From contig MU008189.1 of NCBI GenBank assembly GCA_010909165.1, forward strand, positions 248,001 through 312,000: a stretch of DNA of 64,000 nucleotides, in the 5' to 3' direction. The DNA is from Anthoceros angustus (lineage: Eukaryota > Plantae > Anthocerotophyta). Under the pieces are notes generated by a model, which did not search any database, was not told where the DNA came from, and saw only the letters and a list, made by a program, of their open reading frames with translations. Position 1 is the first letter of the stretch, and each line of letters opens with the position of its first letter. Of this stretch, positions 49,790 through 63,501 are shown piece after piece. A program made the translations under genes and the position numbers.

Positions 49790-52700
49790 GGTAGCGACTT
49801 TCGGCGGCCGGTAGCGCGCACAATCCGTGTCGTTGTAGTAAGAGTTCGTTCCACGGGGAATGGTCTCGTGCTTATTACGCCTCTGACTACCTCCTGAAAC
49901 GGACTTCATCATGTTGGGTCCGGCTCCACAACCTAAGGGTGTGCCCCTCCACAACTCGTCGGACGGCGCGACCGCCGGACCTTCCACAAACCCCGGGTTT
50001 CTCGGTACTGCCGGAGCAGGTTTAGCGGCGCGTTCCCCATCGATCTCGTACTCTAGCGCCCGGCGCTCCTCAACTCTGTCCGGCCACAACTCCACCTCAA
50101 CCCCACCGCGCCCGACCCTCCTCTCTTGTCCATCACCGGTGGTAGTCACAACACCAACACGCCCGATGTATTCACACGGGCCGCTCCTTTGCTTCACGTT
50201 GCGGAGTAGCTTGCGACTGCAACCCCACCTCCATTCCAGTGACCTCAAGGATGGCTTCCGCCCGATGGGTCACCCCAAGCGCCTCCTAATCCCCTCCGAG
50301 CTTCACGTTGCGGAAGTGACCGCGACTGCAACTCCACGACCTCCGTTCGGCCTCAAGGATGGCTTCCATGAGTCACCCCAAGCGCCTCCTAATCCTCAGG
50401 CCGCTTCACGTTACGCGGTGAAGCTGCAACTCCGACCTCCGTTCCAGCCTCAAGGATGGCTTCCGCAGTCACCCCAAGCGCCTCCTAATCCCCTCAGGCG
50501 CTTCACGTTGCGGTGACACGACTGCAACTCCACGCCTCCGTTCAGCAGCCTCCAAGGTTAGTCTAAATTCACCCGAGCACCTCCACGAGCTCGAGTCCGT
50601 CCGATGCACCCATCAAGCGTGTTGGCGGGCTCGTCACGAGCTCTAAACACATCCCTCTACCACCAATTAATCCCGCACGGTGACGCAGAACTCACTCCGC
50701 TCCTCGAGCACGAAAGGCAAGAGCACACGAGCGCCAAGATGGTACCGGATAGTACCGTCTTGGGCCTTGAGCCTTCCTATATACTCCCATACCTAACCTA
50801 ACCCGCCTATGTATGTATCATAACCCCGCTATGTATGTACCCTAACCCTAGGTCGTGGTAACCTCACGGACGTAGCTCATCACACGGACTTCTTGCACCA
50901 GGCCCAAACAAGAGATCCATGCCAGGCGATGCCCACCAAACTAAACCACTTACCACCACTCACGGACCTCTCAGACGGACCACTCCATCGGACCTCGCCC
51001 GGACGGACCACTCCGTCGGACCTCGCCGACGGACCACTCCGCCTGACCGCCGGACGGACCACTCCGCCTGACCGCCCACCGGACCTAGGGTCTAGGGATT
51101 GCACACTAGTGCAATCGGCCAAAATAGCCTTATTGGCTAACTCCTCCTATCCCTCTTAACAAGAACGACCCAAAAACAAAACAAGCCTAAGACAAGTCGC
51201 CAGAGTACTGACGGATTTGGCACTCCACATACTCCCTTCTCATACATTGGCCTCGCCAACACCTGGCAATACTCCTTCCGCTTGACGCTCCCTTCTCGAC
51301 TTTTACTACCTCCTCAGGTGTCAGCAAGTCCAGCAACATTGGCATCCTTTTTTACCAAGAGTCCTCCTCCGTTGAGGATGAGTCGCTCTCCTCCTCCGAG
51401 GTTGATGTGCCGTCCTCCCAGCGCCCGTGCCCATCTTCTTTCTCCCTTTGAGCATGCTGGGCCTCCCGCTAGATTCGCACCCTCGGCGTCCGGTCCTGTG
51501 CATCCTCCCGACTTCTATATACTCCACAAACTGCCCGACCATTACACCCATCCACAACCGAACTGGCAACATTGGCATCCTTTTTACCAAGAGTCCTCCG
51601 TTGAGGATGAGTCGCCTCCTCCTCCGAGGTTGATGTGCCGTCCTCCCAGTGCCCGTGCCCATCTTTCTCCCTTTGAGCATCTTTGGGCCTCCCGCTAGGG
51701 TCGCACCCTCGGCGTCCGGTCACCTGCATCCTCCGACTTCTATACTCCACAAGCGCCCGACCATTACACCCATCCACAACGCAATCGGCGTCCTACTCCT
51801 ACCTACTAACTCGAGGCGGCGGTCCACAACAATACCATTCCCGGCAGCGCCAAAATGTGGCGCGACTTTCGACGGCCACCGGCGCAAGACAATCCGTGTC
51901 GTTGTAGTAAGGAGTTCGTTCCCAGGAATGGTCTCGTGCTTATTCTCGCCGAGCTCTACAACCTATCGCTGAGCGGACTTCATCATGTTGGGTCGGCGGC
52001 TCCACAACCCTAAGTGTGTGCCCCTCCACAACTCGTCGGACCAGACGCGCAACCACCGGACCTTCCCACAAACCCCGCCCGGGTTTCTCCAAGACACCCG
52101 AACAGTTTAGCGGCGTTCCCCATCGATCTCGTACTCTAGCGCCCCAGCGCTCCTCAACTCTGTCCGACCACAACTCCACCTCAACACACACGCCAACGCG
52201 ACCCTCCTCTCTTGTCCATCACCGGTGGTAGTCACAACACCAACATGCCGATGTATTCACACGGGCCGCCTTTGCTCCTTCCTACGCTTCACGTTGAGAA
52301 GTAGCTGCCTCGCAACCCCACCTCCATTCGGCCTCCAAGGATGGCTCGCCCGGAGTCACCCCAAGCGCCTCTAATCCCCTCAGGCCGCTTCACGTTGCGG
52401 AGAAGTGACCCGCGACTGCAACTCCACGCCTCCGTTCCGGCCTCCAAGGATGGCTTCCGCCCAGTCACCCCAAGCGCCTCCTAATCCCTCCGACCGCCCA
52501 CGCTCTGAGAAGTGACTTCGCACTGCAACTCCACGCCTCCGTTCCGGCCTCCAAGGATGGCTTCCGCCCAGCAGTCACCCCAAGCGCCTAATCCCTCCGA
52601 CCGCCCACGCTCAGAGAAGTGACTTCGCACCGCAACTCCACGCCTCCGTTCCGGCCTCCGTTCAGCCTCCAGTCTCGACCCGAGAAATCACCATGAGCAC

Positions 52701-53470
52701 CTCTTGAGCTCAGTCCGTCCCGGCCCGCACCCATCAAGCGTGTTGGCGGGCTCGTCACCGAGCTCTAAACACATCCCTCTACCACCAATTAATCGCAGAC
52801 GCAGAACTCACTCCGCTCCTCGAGCGAAGGCAAGAGCACACGGAGGCCGAAGATGGTACCGGGATAGTCCGCCCTTGACGCCAGCCTTCCTATATACTCC
52901 CATACCTAACCTAACCCGCCTATGTATGTATCATAACCGCTATGTATGTACCTAACCCTAGGTCGTGGTAATCACGGACGTAGCTCATCATCGCTACGGA
53001 CTTCTTGCACCACCGCTTCCCGCCAAACAAGAGATCCATGCAGGCGATGCCACCAAACTAAACCACCGGCGAGACCACTCGCCGGACCTCTCACACCTGA
53101 CCACCCATCGGACCCGCCGGACCTGCCGGGCAGACCACTCGTCGGACCGCCCGACGGACCACCCGTCGGACCGCCGGACCTCGCCGACGGACCTCGCCTC
53201 GGACGGACCACTCGCTGACCCGCCGGACGGACCACCCGTCGGACCGCCTCGGACGGACCACTCACGGACCGCCGGACGGACCTCGCCTCGGACGGACCAC
53301 TCACGGACCGCCGGACGGACCACTCCGTTGGACCCACTGACCGGACCTAGGTCTAGGGATTGCACACTAGTAAGCCAAAACCTTTTATTGGCTAACTCCT
53401 CCCTATCCTCTTAGAACGACCCAAAAAACAAAACAAGCCTAAGACAAGTCGCCGGGAGTACGGTCGGTTG
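49790..53470 (-). mobile_element. Inverted, tandemly duplicated 3' region of a related gypsy element interrupting pol; contains GGACCACTC arrays and ~60-bp repeats
   Basis: 49797-51210 is repeated at 51866-53460. The reverse complement of 51215-51280 resembles the post-integrase sequence at 54858-54910. Confidence 0.65.
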
Positions 53471-54867
53471 GCACTCCATGAGTTTACCTTCACGGTGGAA
53501 ACGAGAGAGGGTAGGAGGCATATCAATGCCGACTTCATATCTCGATTGAAAGCAGGAAGGTGGAAAGGACCAGAAGACGACTTTCCGATGAGACACCTTT
53601 GTTTTACTGCGGTCGAAAACCAGCAGTGAAGCCCGGTTCGGAAGGAGGAGCCGATCGATTGAGAAGGGAGGTGGCGGAAGACCAACATATCAGGAGATAT
53701 ATGATTATCTTGGCACGGGCCAAATTCCTCCACATCTTTCCAAGACACAGATTCAGGCGTTCGTCCACTACTCCAGACCATTCACACGGCACAATATGAA
53801 CTTATTCCGAGTCAGTCCGGACGGCAGGGAGCGGTTATGGGTACGCATCAAGCAGGCGAGTCAGCTCTTTACACGAAGAAGAGGCGGGAGGTCATTATGC
53901 CGCGCATGTCACTTGCAGGAAAATTTTGGAGGCTGGCTATTGGTGGCCTACAATGTACAAGGATGCCAAGGAGTTCGTGAGCGTGGCGCTTGCCAAAGGG
54001 TCGGCAAGCCAACAACAACCCAATGGCCCCTTGTCCCCATACTTGCGCACCATTCGAGAAATGGGGAATCGATTTTGTCGGACCTATCCATTAAAACCAA
54101 GACTCGCCAAAACCAATACATCTGGTGGCCAGATTCTTGCGGATGGTAGAAGCACGAACGCCGATAGATTCGGCGCCGTGATTCTGTTCGAGCAAATCAT
54201 CACCGATATGGCATTGGGCTGGTGTGAGAGGAACACATTTCGTCAATCGTAATCTCCAACATGACCAACCACTTCAACGCTCACGAAGTCCACGCCTTAT
54301 AACCCAAAAGCCAATGGGCTGACGGAAAAGGCAAATGGCTTGTTGTGCAAGATCCTAACCAAACTCACTTTGTCGATTATCGTATATGGGATATGAAATC
54401 GCATTCAACCTTGGGCGTCTGGGATGGAAAAGTGACAACGCAGCAAACCCGTATTATCTTACTTACGGGCATTCGCCTGTCATGCCAATAGAATTCGAAG
54501 TTCCCACCCTGAGAATACAGGAACCAAGTCGAATGCCGGTGGAAGAAAGTCAGTTGGAAAGGTTGGTGGGTTTAAATGCGACACGGAGACGAGAACAAGC
54601 CCTCAAGTTATGCGGGATGTCCAGCAAAGGAGGAAGGAGTGGCACGACAAGAGATTGAAGCGTCAAGAATACGTTGTTCCTGGGGATCTGGCTTTACTAT
54701 ATGATAACCGATACATGCATTTTCCAGGTAAATTACATCTCAGGTGGATGGGGCCCTTCAGAGTTTCAGAAGTTTTCGACAACGGATCAATTCAACTCCA
54801 GTACCTTAGTGGCTCATCCCTGCCAACGCGCGTCAACGGTTGGCGGGTCAAAAAATATTACCAATAA
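53470..54867 (+). mobile_element. Ty3/gypsy integrase, frameshifted
   Basis: HINADFISRL, EAGYWWPTMYKDAKEFV, FEKWGIDFVGP, STPYNPKANGLTEKANG, FPGKLHLRWMGPF, VNGWRVKKY. Confidence 0.9.
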
Positions 54868-55535
54868 GTTGGCGAGGACGCCAACAAATGAGAAGGGGAG
54901 TATGTGGAAGACCACATGTGCACTAACCCCGCTCCCAAGTGTCAGGATGAACGATTTTTTGTTTTGGATGTGTTAGAATAGCAAAGTGCTTTGAGAATCA
55001 TCGAGTCGTCTTTTATACGGAATGGTCCTTGGCCCTTGGAGATAATAATAATTTTTCGACCTTAGGTTTGACCCGGAGGGTGGAAGAAATAGAGTCCTTG
55101 GGTATTGGGAATTTTAGAATAAAAGGTGTCTATATATGCTAGGGATGCTCACAATATGCCACAGTTGAGTAGTCAAGTGGGGTGGTGGCTAGTTCCACCA
55201 CGGTGGCGAAAGCAGGACGTCTGAGACCGGGGGTTACAACCCTAGTGGCGGAGGCGGGACTACCCATCGGTCGGGCGCGGGAGAAGGGCACACCCGGCAC
55301 CGCGAGGTCGCGACTTTCGGGAGGCGTCGGAGGCGGGCTGCGGCAAGAGGCCGCAGCACGCCTTGAGCCAAATCTGTCTGTTGTGCGGGGAGGGCGGCCG
55401 ACAGGAGGCGGCGAGGAGAGAAATCAGGCCCGGCAAGTTCGCGAGGCGTGGAAGGAGCGCGCGAGGGCGGCTCGATTTTTTCTTGACGAGTCTGCGGGGT
55501 CGAGGTTTTGTTTTGGGAAACAACGAGAGAAGGAG

Positions 55536-57050
55536 ATGGCGCCCAGTGCGGCCGAAATCCCTGCGGTGGCCCAACATGGACCCTTTGGAAAGTGAGGAGT
55601 GCGGGGCTGGGCACAAGTTCATGGAGAAGAAATGGTGCTACGACAGCCCTGCATTGGTGCAAGAGTGCGCCCGGCAATTAAGGACCAAGTCGCAAGAGGG
55701 TGACGCGAGGAAAAGGCCGCAGAACTGGGATTTGGCCCTCTTTCGAGCAGTGTATGGGCGAGAAGCATCAGAAGATGGGAGCTTGGTGATTGACCCCCAG
55801 CGAAAGAAGACCTTGAAAGGCTGCAGCCGCTCATGAAGCACAGGAAGTGAGTGAACAATGGTGGGTGACTCGCCAACTCGTGTCTGCGTGGTGGGGATTA
55901 GCCAAATGGATTTTGTGTTTCCTCTGAGCCGGAAGGCTGGATCATATGGCGGATCACTTCTTGGTTTTCTTCACGAGGTGGTCAAGGGTACACAAATTGA
56001 TTGGGGAAGGATGATTTTCGAAAGAGCCTGAGGAGAAGGCGAATTTACTCTCTCCTTCCCTCGGCCCTCCTTGATTTCGCCTTTTCGATTCATGTATTTG
56101 CGCATTAGGGTGTTTAACGGAGTTGGGCATGTCATACTGCATGGTTGGAAGCCGGTCGGGGAACTCAAGGTAGAAGAGGAGGAATTTAAGGAGGATTCGG
56201 GCAAGGATTCCAGTTGAGTGCGCCTCCTGGAAGGTTCGGAAGAGGGTGGGGAAGTTTCCAAGGGTAAGAAGCGAAGGCGGCGGCAGTCGAGCAGGGGTCG
56301 GCGAAAAGGGAGGGGCAGCGGAGGAGGAACCCACATACACCTGTGGTCACTGTGTCAAGACGCAGCAGAACGCGGTAAAGGAGGAGAAAATAAAGGGAAA
56401 TGGCAAGTTGCTCCCTCCAGTGCAGGATGAATCGCCGCTAGAGAATGGGCGGGGAAGAGGCGTGGCGGACCAACCCCTAGGAGAGGAGGGTTAACCCGGC
56501 CGAGACATGGAGACTCGGGACATTTTGGCGACATTTCACCGAACCGTCCTGAGGTGGGGATAGGAGACCGCTGTCGAGGTGTTGTGGAGGCGGATGGGCA
56601 AAGGGACAGCCCAATTTGGGGATTTGCGAGGTTTGACTTGACCATGGCACGAGCAGGCGGATCTCCTCGATCAAGCGACCATGGCTCTCACTGGTGAGTG
56701 TGCAAGGCCAGGAGAAGTTGCTCAAGGAGAAGTTGGAAAGCCCGAAGGCGAGAGCAAGGCGGCCGAGGAGGCCTTGAGCAGAGTCTGGCGGCCTTATGCA
56801 AGGCACAGGGGGCGATTAAGGGCCATGTCCACTCGCGAGGCCTTAGTAAATCAGTCAAGGGGCGATGCTACAATTGAAGAGCTTCAAGATGAGGTCTCGC
56901 GAGTCCAGGAGGCGGTGGGCGATGGCGCCCTTGGAGAAATTCAAGAAGGCGGCGGAGAGGTACAAGCGGGAAGAGGCAGCTAGGGCCGAGTCAAGAGAGA
57001 GGTGGCCAAAGGCGGCGGCAACCACCACGGTGGCCGAGCAACCACCGTGG
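55536..57050 (+). other. Extra 3' ORF of the gypsy element (globular N-terminus, low-complexity linker, coiled coil), frameshifted
   Basis: Lies downstream of pol after a TATATA box near 55132; reads QNWDLALFRAVYG, QIDWGRMIFE and heptad-rich ATIEELQDEVSRVQE. Confidence 0.5.
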
Positions 57051-60000
57051 AAGCAACCACCACGGTGGCTAAACCAGCCACCGCCGTGGAACGGGAACCG
57101 AGGTGGGGAAGTCACCGGCAGTGTCGCAGATGGAGGGAGATCTCTGGAGAATCAGCAGCCCGGATTGTCCACGGGAGGAGAGGTAAGGACCTCATATCGG
57201 AAGGCGTATTGTGCTACAGCGTCCGGATGAGGATGCTCATGTCACAGCACTGCATGGTGGCGGGTGCTCACTCTAAGCGTGTATGTGGTTGTTGGGACGG
57301 AGGCGAAACTCGTACATCTTGACCGCCACAGGCGTTTACGATGGTTCCTTGAGTAGGAGCGGGCGCCTATCCTCCATAAGTGGTCTTTGGAAGAGATGGC
57401 GCGAGGCGAGCATGGAGGGAGGAGCACACGGTATGGTTGTCAGCGAGGAGGCGGGACAATGGACATAGAGGTCACAGGCGCGCAACGTCCGCGGGAAGGC
57501 GCGAGGGAAACTCAGGCAGTGAGAGTGAGGTGGAGGTTGTGGGGGAAAATCGCTCGGATCGAGGCGAGGCCGAGCAACCACCGCAGAGAGCAACCACCGT
57601 GGAAGTAACCACCACGGTGGCTAAACCAGCCACCGCCGTGGAACGGGAACCGAGGTGGGGAAGTCACCTGGAGTGTCGCAGATGGAGGGATGATCTCCGA
57701 GAATCAGCAGCCTGTGGATTGTCCACGGAGGAGAGGGTAAGGACCTCAGATCGAAGACAGTTACGGCGTCCGGATGAGGATGCTCATGTCCTCGCCGCTC
57801 GCATGGTGAGCGTGCTCACCTAAACGTATGTGGTTGTTGGGACAGAGGGGCGTAAACCACCGGGTCAGACATCTTGACCGCCACAGCGCTACTGCTGGTT
57901 CCTTCGAGTAGGAGCGGGCGCCATCCTCCGCAAGTGGTGCCGGAAGAGATGAGCGAGGCGCAGCGAGCATGGAGGGAGGAGCACAGATGGTTGTCCAAAT
58001 GAGGAGGAGCGGACAATGGACATAGAGGTCACAAAGGCGCAACGTCCGCTGGAAGGCGCGAGGGAAACTCAGCAAAGGAGAGTGAGGTGGAGGTTGTGGG
58101 GAAAATCGCTCGGATCGGGGGTCAAGAGCGAGAGGGGTCCCCATGGGCCGTGGGCGAGGCAAAGAATCGCGAGGCGGCAGCGCTGATTTTAGAAGTCGCG
58201 ATAGCCTAGGACCGGGGTTTCCTTTTCGGGCGAGGATAGGGAGTTCCATCGGTAGTGGTGTTGTTGTAGATTGGTAAGGCGCTCGTGGTAGGAGCTACAA
58301 TTTTAGACACTAAAGAAGTGGCATGTTGGACCACGGCCGGATGTATAAGAGACCCTTTGGGTGTCTCTCAAGGCAGACGATTTCGGTGTGAACTTCCGTG
58401 TATCGAACCTTGGGGTTGATTGGAGCGTCGTCGGCATCAAGCGGCGAGTCAGCTCTTTACACGAAGAAGGCGGGGAAGATCTCTGGATGGTCGAGGCGGA
58501 GTGGCCAAGCTCCACGCTGGGGTGTGTGGAAGGTGGTGGCCGGAAAAAGAGGTAGGAATTGCCGGGGAGGTGAGGCTGGAGGCGAATCGCCCAAGCACCG
58601 ACCGGGTTTTCTTCGATCCTCTTTTCCTCGCCACCGGTGTGTTCATTCCATGAGAGAGGGGTCTGTGGCCCAAGGAGGTCTGTGGCCCAAGGAGGGGTCT
58701 GTGGCCCGTGAGGGAGGAGAGTTCATTAGGAAGGGAGGTTCGAAAGGGTAGATGAGTCTTGTTGGGAGGGATTGTGAGAGTGTGAGGGAAAATCGAAATG
58801 CGTGAGGAGTGGGCGTGTGGTGGAATCGCGAAATTCCAGTAAAGTGAGGTGTATATAGGTGTCCGATGCCCATAGCCCCTAGGTCTGTTAGAGGTGGCGA
58901 ATAGACCATGAGAGGCGTGGCGGACCAACCCCTAGGAGAGGAGGGTTAACTTGTAGAGACCGCAGACTCGGGACATTTTGGCGACATTTTTTCATCTGAG
59001 GTGGGGATAGGAGACACCGCTCGAGAATTGTGGAGGCGGATGGGCAAAGGGACAGCCCAATTTGGGGATTTGCGAGGTTTGACTTGACCATGGCACGACG
59101 AGCGGATCTCCTCGATCAAGCGACCATGGCTCTCACTTGGCGAGTGTGCAAGGCCAGCAGGAGAAGTTGCTCAAGGAGAAGTTGGAAAGCACGAAGGCGA
59201 GAGCAAGGCGGAGGAGGCCTTGACGGAGTGCGCGGCCTTATGCAAGGCACAGGAGCAGTTAAGGGCCATGTCCACTCAAGAGGAGGCCTTAGTAAATCAG
59301 GTCAAGGGGGCGCATGCTACAATTGAAGAGCTTCAAGATGAGGTCTCGCGAGTCCAGGAGCAGGTGGAAGCGATGGCGCCTTGGAGAAATTCAAGAAGTG
59401 GCGGAGAGGTACAAGCGGGAAGAGGCAGCTAGGGCGAGTCAAGAGAGGTGGCCAAACCAAGAAGGCCGAGCAACCACCGCAGAGCCAAGCAACCACCGTG
59501 GAAGCAACCACCACGGTGGCTAAACCAGCCACCGCCGTGGAACGGGAACCGAGGTGGGGAAGTCACCGGCAGTGTCGCAGATGGAGGGCAGATCTGGAGA
59601 ATCAGCCGGCCCGAGATTGTCCACGGGAGGAGAGGTAAGGACCTCATATCGGAAGGCGTATTGTGCTACGGCGTCCGGATGAGGATGCTCATGTCACAGC
59701 CACTGCATGGTGGTGGTGCTCACTCTAAAGCGTGTATGTGGTTGTTGGGACGGGAGGCGGAAACTCGTACATCTTGACCGCCCGCAGGCGTTTACGATGG
59801 TTCCTTGAGTAGGAGCGGGCGCCTATCCTCCATAAGTGGTCTTTGGAAGAGATGGCGCGAGGCGAGCATGGAGGGAGGAGCACAGTATGGTTGTCCAGCG
59901 AGGAGGCGGGACAATGGACATAGAGGTCACAGCGCAACGTCCGCGGGAAGGCGCGAGGCGAGCATGGAGGGAGGAGAGGTGGAGGTTGTGGGGAAAATCG

Positions 60001-60760
60001 CTCGGATCGAGGCGGTAGAGCGAGAGGGGTCCCCATGGGCCGTGGGCGAGGCAACAATGTGTGATTTTAGGGGAGTCGCGATAGCCTAGGACCTTTCCTT
60101 TTCGAGCGAGGATAGGGAGTTCCATCGGTAGTAGGTTGTTGTAGATTGGTAAGGCGCTCGTGGTAGGAGCTACAATTTTAGACACTAAAGAGAAGTGAGT
60201 GTTGGACCACGGCCGGATGTATAAGAGACCCTTTGGGTGTCTCTCAAAAGGCGATTTGGTGTGAACTTCCGTGTATCGAACCCGTGGGGTTGATTGGAGG
60301 CGTCGTCGGCATCAAACGGGTTGGCCGCCTTCGTCACAAGAAGGCCGGAAGATCTCTGGATGGTCGAGGCGGAGTGGCCAAGCTCCACTGGGGTGTGGAA
60401 GGTGGTGGCCGGAAAAAGAGGTAGGAATTGCAGCGGAAGGTGAGGGAGCTGGGAGGCGAATCGCCCAAGCCGGGGTTTTCTTCGATCCTCTTTTCCTCGC
60501 CACCGGTGTGTTCATTCCATGAGAGAGGTCTGTGTGGCCCAAGGAGGTCTGTGGCCCAAGAGTCTGTGTGGCCCGTGAGGGAGGAGAGTTCATTGGGAAG
60601 GGAAGGTTCGGAGGGTAGATGAGTCTTGTGGGAGGGATTGTGAGAGTGTGAGGGAAAAAGCGTAAGAGTGGGCGTGTGGTGGAATCGAAATTCCAGTAAG
60701 TGAGGCGATATAGGTGTCCATGCCCATAGCCCCTAGGTCCGTGTTAGAAGCCGGTGGCGA
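56457..60760. repeat. ~2.45-kb tandem duplication containing three copies of a ~540-bp sub-repeat
   Basis: 56457-57560 recurs at 58914-60010; AACCACCACGGTGGCTAAACCAGCC...GGAAAATCGCTCGGATCG starts near 57055, 57606 and 59505; 58130-58900 recurs at 60020-60760. Confidence 0.85.
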
Positions 60761-60999
60761 ATAGACTCGCAGGCGGCGTGGTGGGACCACGGTGGCTAAA
60801 CCACCGGTGGCCGAGTCTACCAGTGGTGGGTTTGGGCGGTGGCTGGAGAAGGTGGGGTAGTGAGCGATGGGGTAGGTCTAGAATCCATAGATTTAGAACA
60901 CCTTGACACAACACCATTCCCTTGGGATCGAATCCTAGGACTATAACGACATAGAGGGTAAATGTGGCCTCTTTGCGTCTTCGGATGCAAAAAACCATT

Positions 61000-63497
61000 C
61001 CACAGTGCTCCTGTCATCCCGAAGGCACTTTGTTTGTAAGCAAACGTTCCCCACTCCGTGGTGAATGTTGTCTTATCCCAGTCCGACTCCCTTAGGTGCA
61101 ACTGGTTGTAGCCGGAGTAGCCGTCCAAGAAGGAGTAGGTACTCCGTCCTGCCACCTTATCCAGTATGTCGTCCACAAAGGGCATGGGAAAATGGTCCTT
61201 CTGTGGCGGCGTTAAGCTTCTCCGATCACAGACCCGAATCATCCTGCTTCTTCGGCACGACAACAATGGGTGCCACCCATTCACTGTTCACGATTGGGAA
61301 GATGATGTCTGCCTCCGGATACTTATCCGAGACTTCTTGACCTTGAGCGAGTGTTTGGGATTCAGGTTTATCTTGAATCCGAGCAGGCACCGCTCGGATC
61401 TATCCGGTGTTACGCCTTGTTTGAATGCCCTTCATGTCCGTAACCTTGAAAGCGAACACCTCGCTGAATTCGCCCAACAATCGTGTGAGGTCTTGTTTCA
61501 GCTCCGATGGCATACCTTTGCGGAATTTTAGGAATTTCCCTGGGCGAACCTCCACATCCTCCACATCGTCAGGATTGACCGTCTCTCTTTCCCTCGCCGC
61601 TTCACTACGCCCAAAGCCATCATCCTCTACCCGCGGTTCATCTTCACGCATCCCCCATTCTCGGAAGAGTTCGTCTGAGGTGAACCGAGTTACTCCTTCG
61701 GGGTCCTCCTCATCCGGGAGGGGGGTTCCCGCCTTTTGTTCGTCCTCCGCGACTTCCACTTGGAAGCAGCTGATCACCTCTGCTCCGAAGGTGTCCCTCC
61801 GGTAGTCCATTTCTTCTTCGGACCACGAGATTTTTGGAAAAGGGTAGTCCTCATTCGTATCCTCGCGCTCATCGTCCCCACTGTCTTCGGCGGAGGTGTA
61901 CCCTTCTATGGTGCTTACGGTTTCACCACAGTATGTGTCCTTACTCCAGTGTCGCTACGTCCTTCCCTCACCTTCGGATCCAGTCCACCGGCTTGAAGTG
62001 TATTTCCTTCCGTCCGAAGTGTAGTTTTGTCTGAGCGAGTCCCAGCCAAGGTCGCCCCAACATGACCTCGTACCCCAGAGGTCCGGCGGGTCTGATGACG
62101 ACGAAATCTAATGTATAGGGGGCTTCCGCTATGGTGGCTTGGACTCCGGACAACTCCCCCGCTGGCGCTCGCCGCGACATGTCCGCCATCCTGAGGGTCT
62201 TGGTGGATGGCTCGAAGGTGGTGAACCCCAGCCGTCTCGCGGTGGCCTCGGTGATGAGGTTCACTCCTGACCCCGTGTCCAGGGGTACGTTTTTAATCAC
62301 ACACCCCGCAATTTCCACCTGAACCACTGGCGCCCCAGGGTCCGTATGAGATACTACTCTTACCTCCAGCTCCCAATGTTCGTACCTCATCATCTGTAGA
62401 CGTCTCACCATTGCTTTGATGTCCTTGTTTTCTTCTACGCCAGGTTGGAGTTCCACGATGAGTTTCTTCTTTAGCTCTCCGTCCTCCAAATTGGATTCCT
62501 TCTCAGGACAAGGTACGGTTGTGTACCTCCGTTCTTCTTCTTTCCCCATGTCAGGGCGTGTTGCTCCAGATAACATGCCGTCCACAGGTGTGGAGGGCTG
62601 TGTCCCATCCACAGATGGTACGGGTCTGGGCCTCACAGTGTCCGAGGGTGGGAATTGGTGAGCGCCTGGGGGTGCCGATTGCTCCAGCGTCTGGAGCACA
62701 CCCTCCAGCTGCCTCTCCAATCGGGCTTGGCCCTCCCCCACCTGGACTTTGATCCGATCGACAGCCCGCTCTACCTTTGCCAACTGTTGGTCTTGTCTTG
62801 ACAAAGATGAGCGTAATTCGTCACATGTCTGTTCGACGTTGGCTGTCCTTTCCTCCATTCTTCGCAAGGTGTCTGTCCGATTTGCCTCACCCCCGGCTGG
62901 CTCACCAACTATGGTCTGTGCAGGATGGCGGCGATTCCACTGGAGTGCCATGCTTCCTCGGACGCCCACGTCGCCGGATTACCGGCTCTGAGGCGTAGTC
63001 AGCGGTACTCCTGGAGTATCCGGCTCGGGGTCTGACCTCCGTAATCGGATCTCGGCCTCTTCTCGGGCCAGGAGGCGGCGAGTGTGCTCTCGGCTATGGC
63101 GCTCCTGGTCAGCCGACATTTCTGCAAGCTCTTGCCCCGGTGGTGGGATGCGAGGGAGACGGCCTTCTGAGGAATTGTGGAGGTGCTGTTGTGCGCGGTG
63201 GCGCACCCTTTCCCCAATTCCTTCGGATGGCTGGTCTTCTTCCCCGCTTGCGCTGGAGGTTGCCTGTTCCTCTGCTGGAGGCAAGGCGCGATTGCTCATG
63301 CTGGCTTGCCTCGAGAGATCTCCAAGACTCCTCCTTGTTTCTGCGCTTCCTCATGGTTGGTCAATCCTCTGTCGCTGATGATGGTTGCGGCAAATTGCTG
63401 CTACCACCTCTAGGTGCTCCCGAACTTGGCCTCTAGATCCTGGCTGCCGGCCTTGATCCTCGATCCAAGGGTGGCTAGCTCAGTGGCTCTGATACCA
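61000..63497 (-). mobile_element. Ty3/gypsy 5' internal region: PBS, gag-like coiled coil, aspartic protease, 5' part of RT (truncated near 61000)
   Basis: PBS TGGTATCAGAGC (63497-63486); VPLDTGSGVNLI...VMLGRPWL; KDHFPMPFVDDILDKVAG..YSFLDGYSGYNQ..DKTTFTTEWGTFAY. Confidence 0.93.
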
Positions 63498-63501
63498 AAG
63501 A

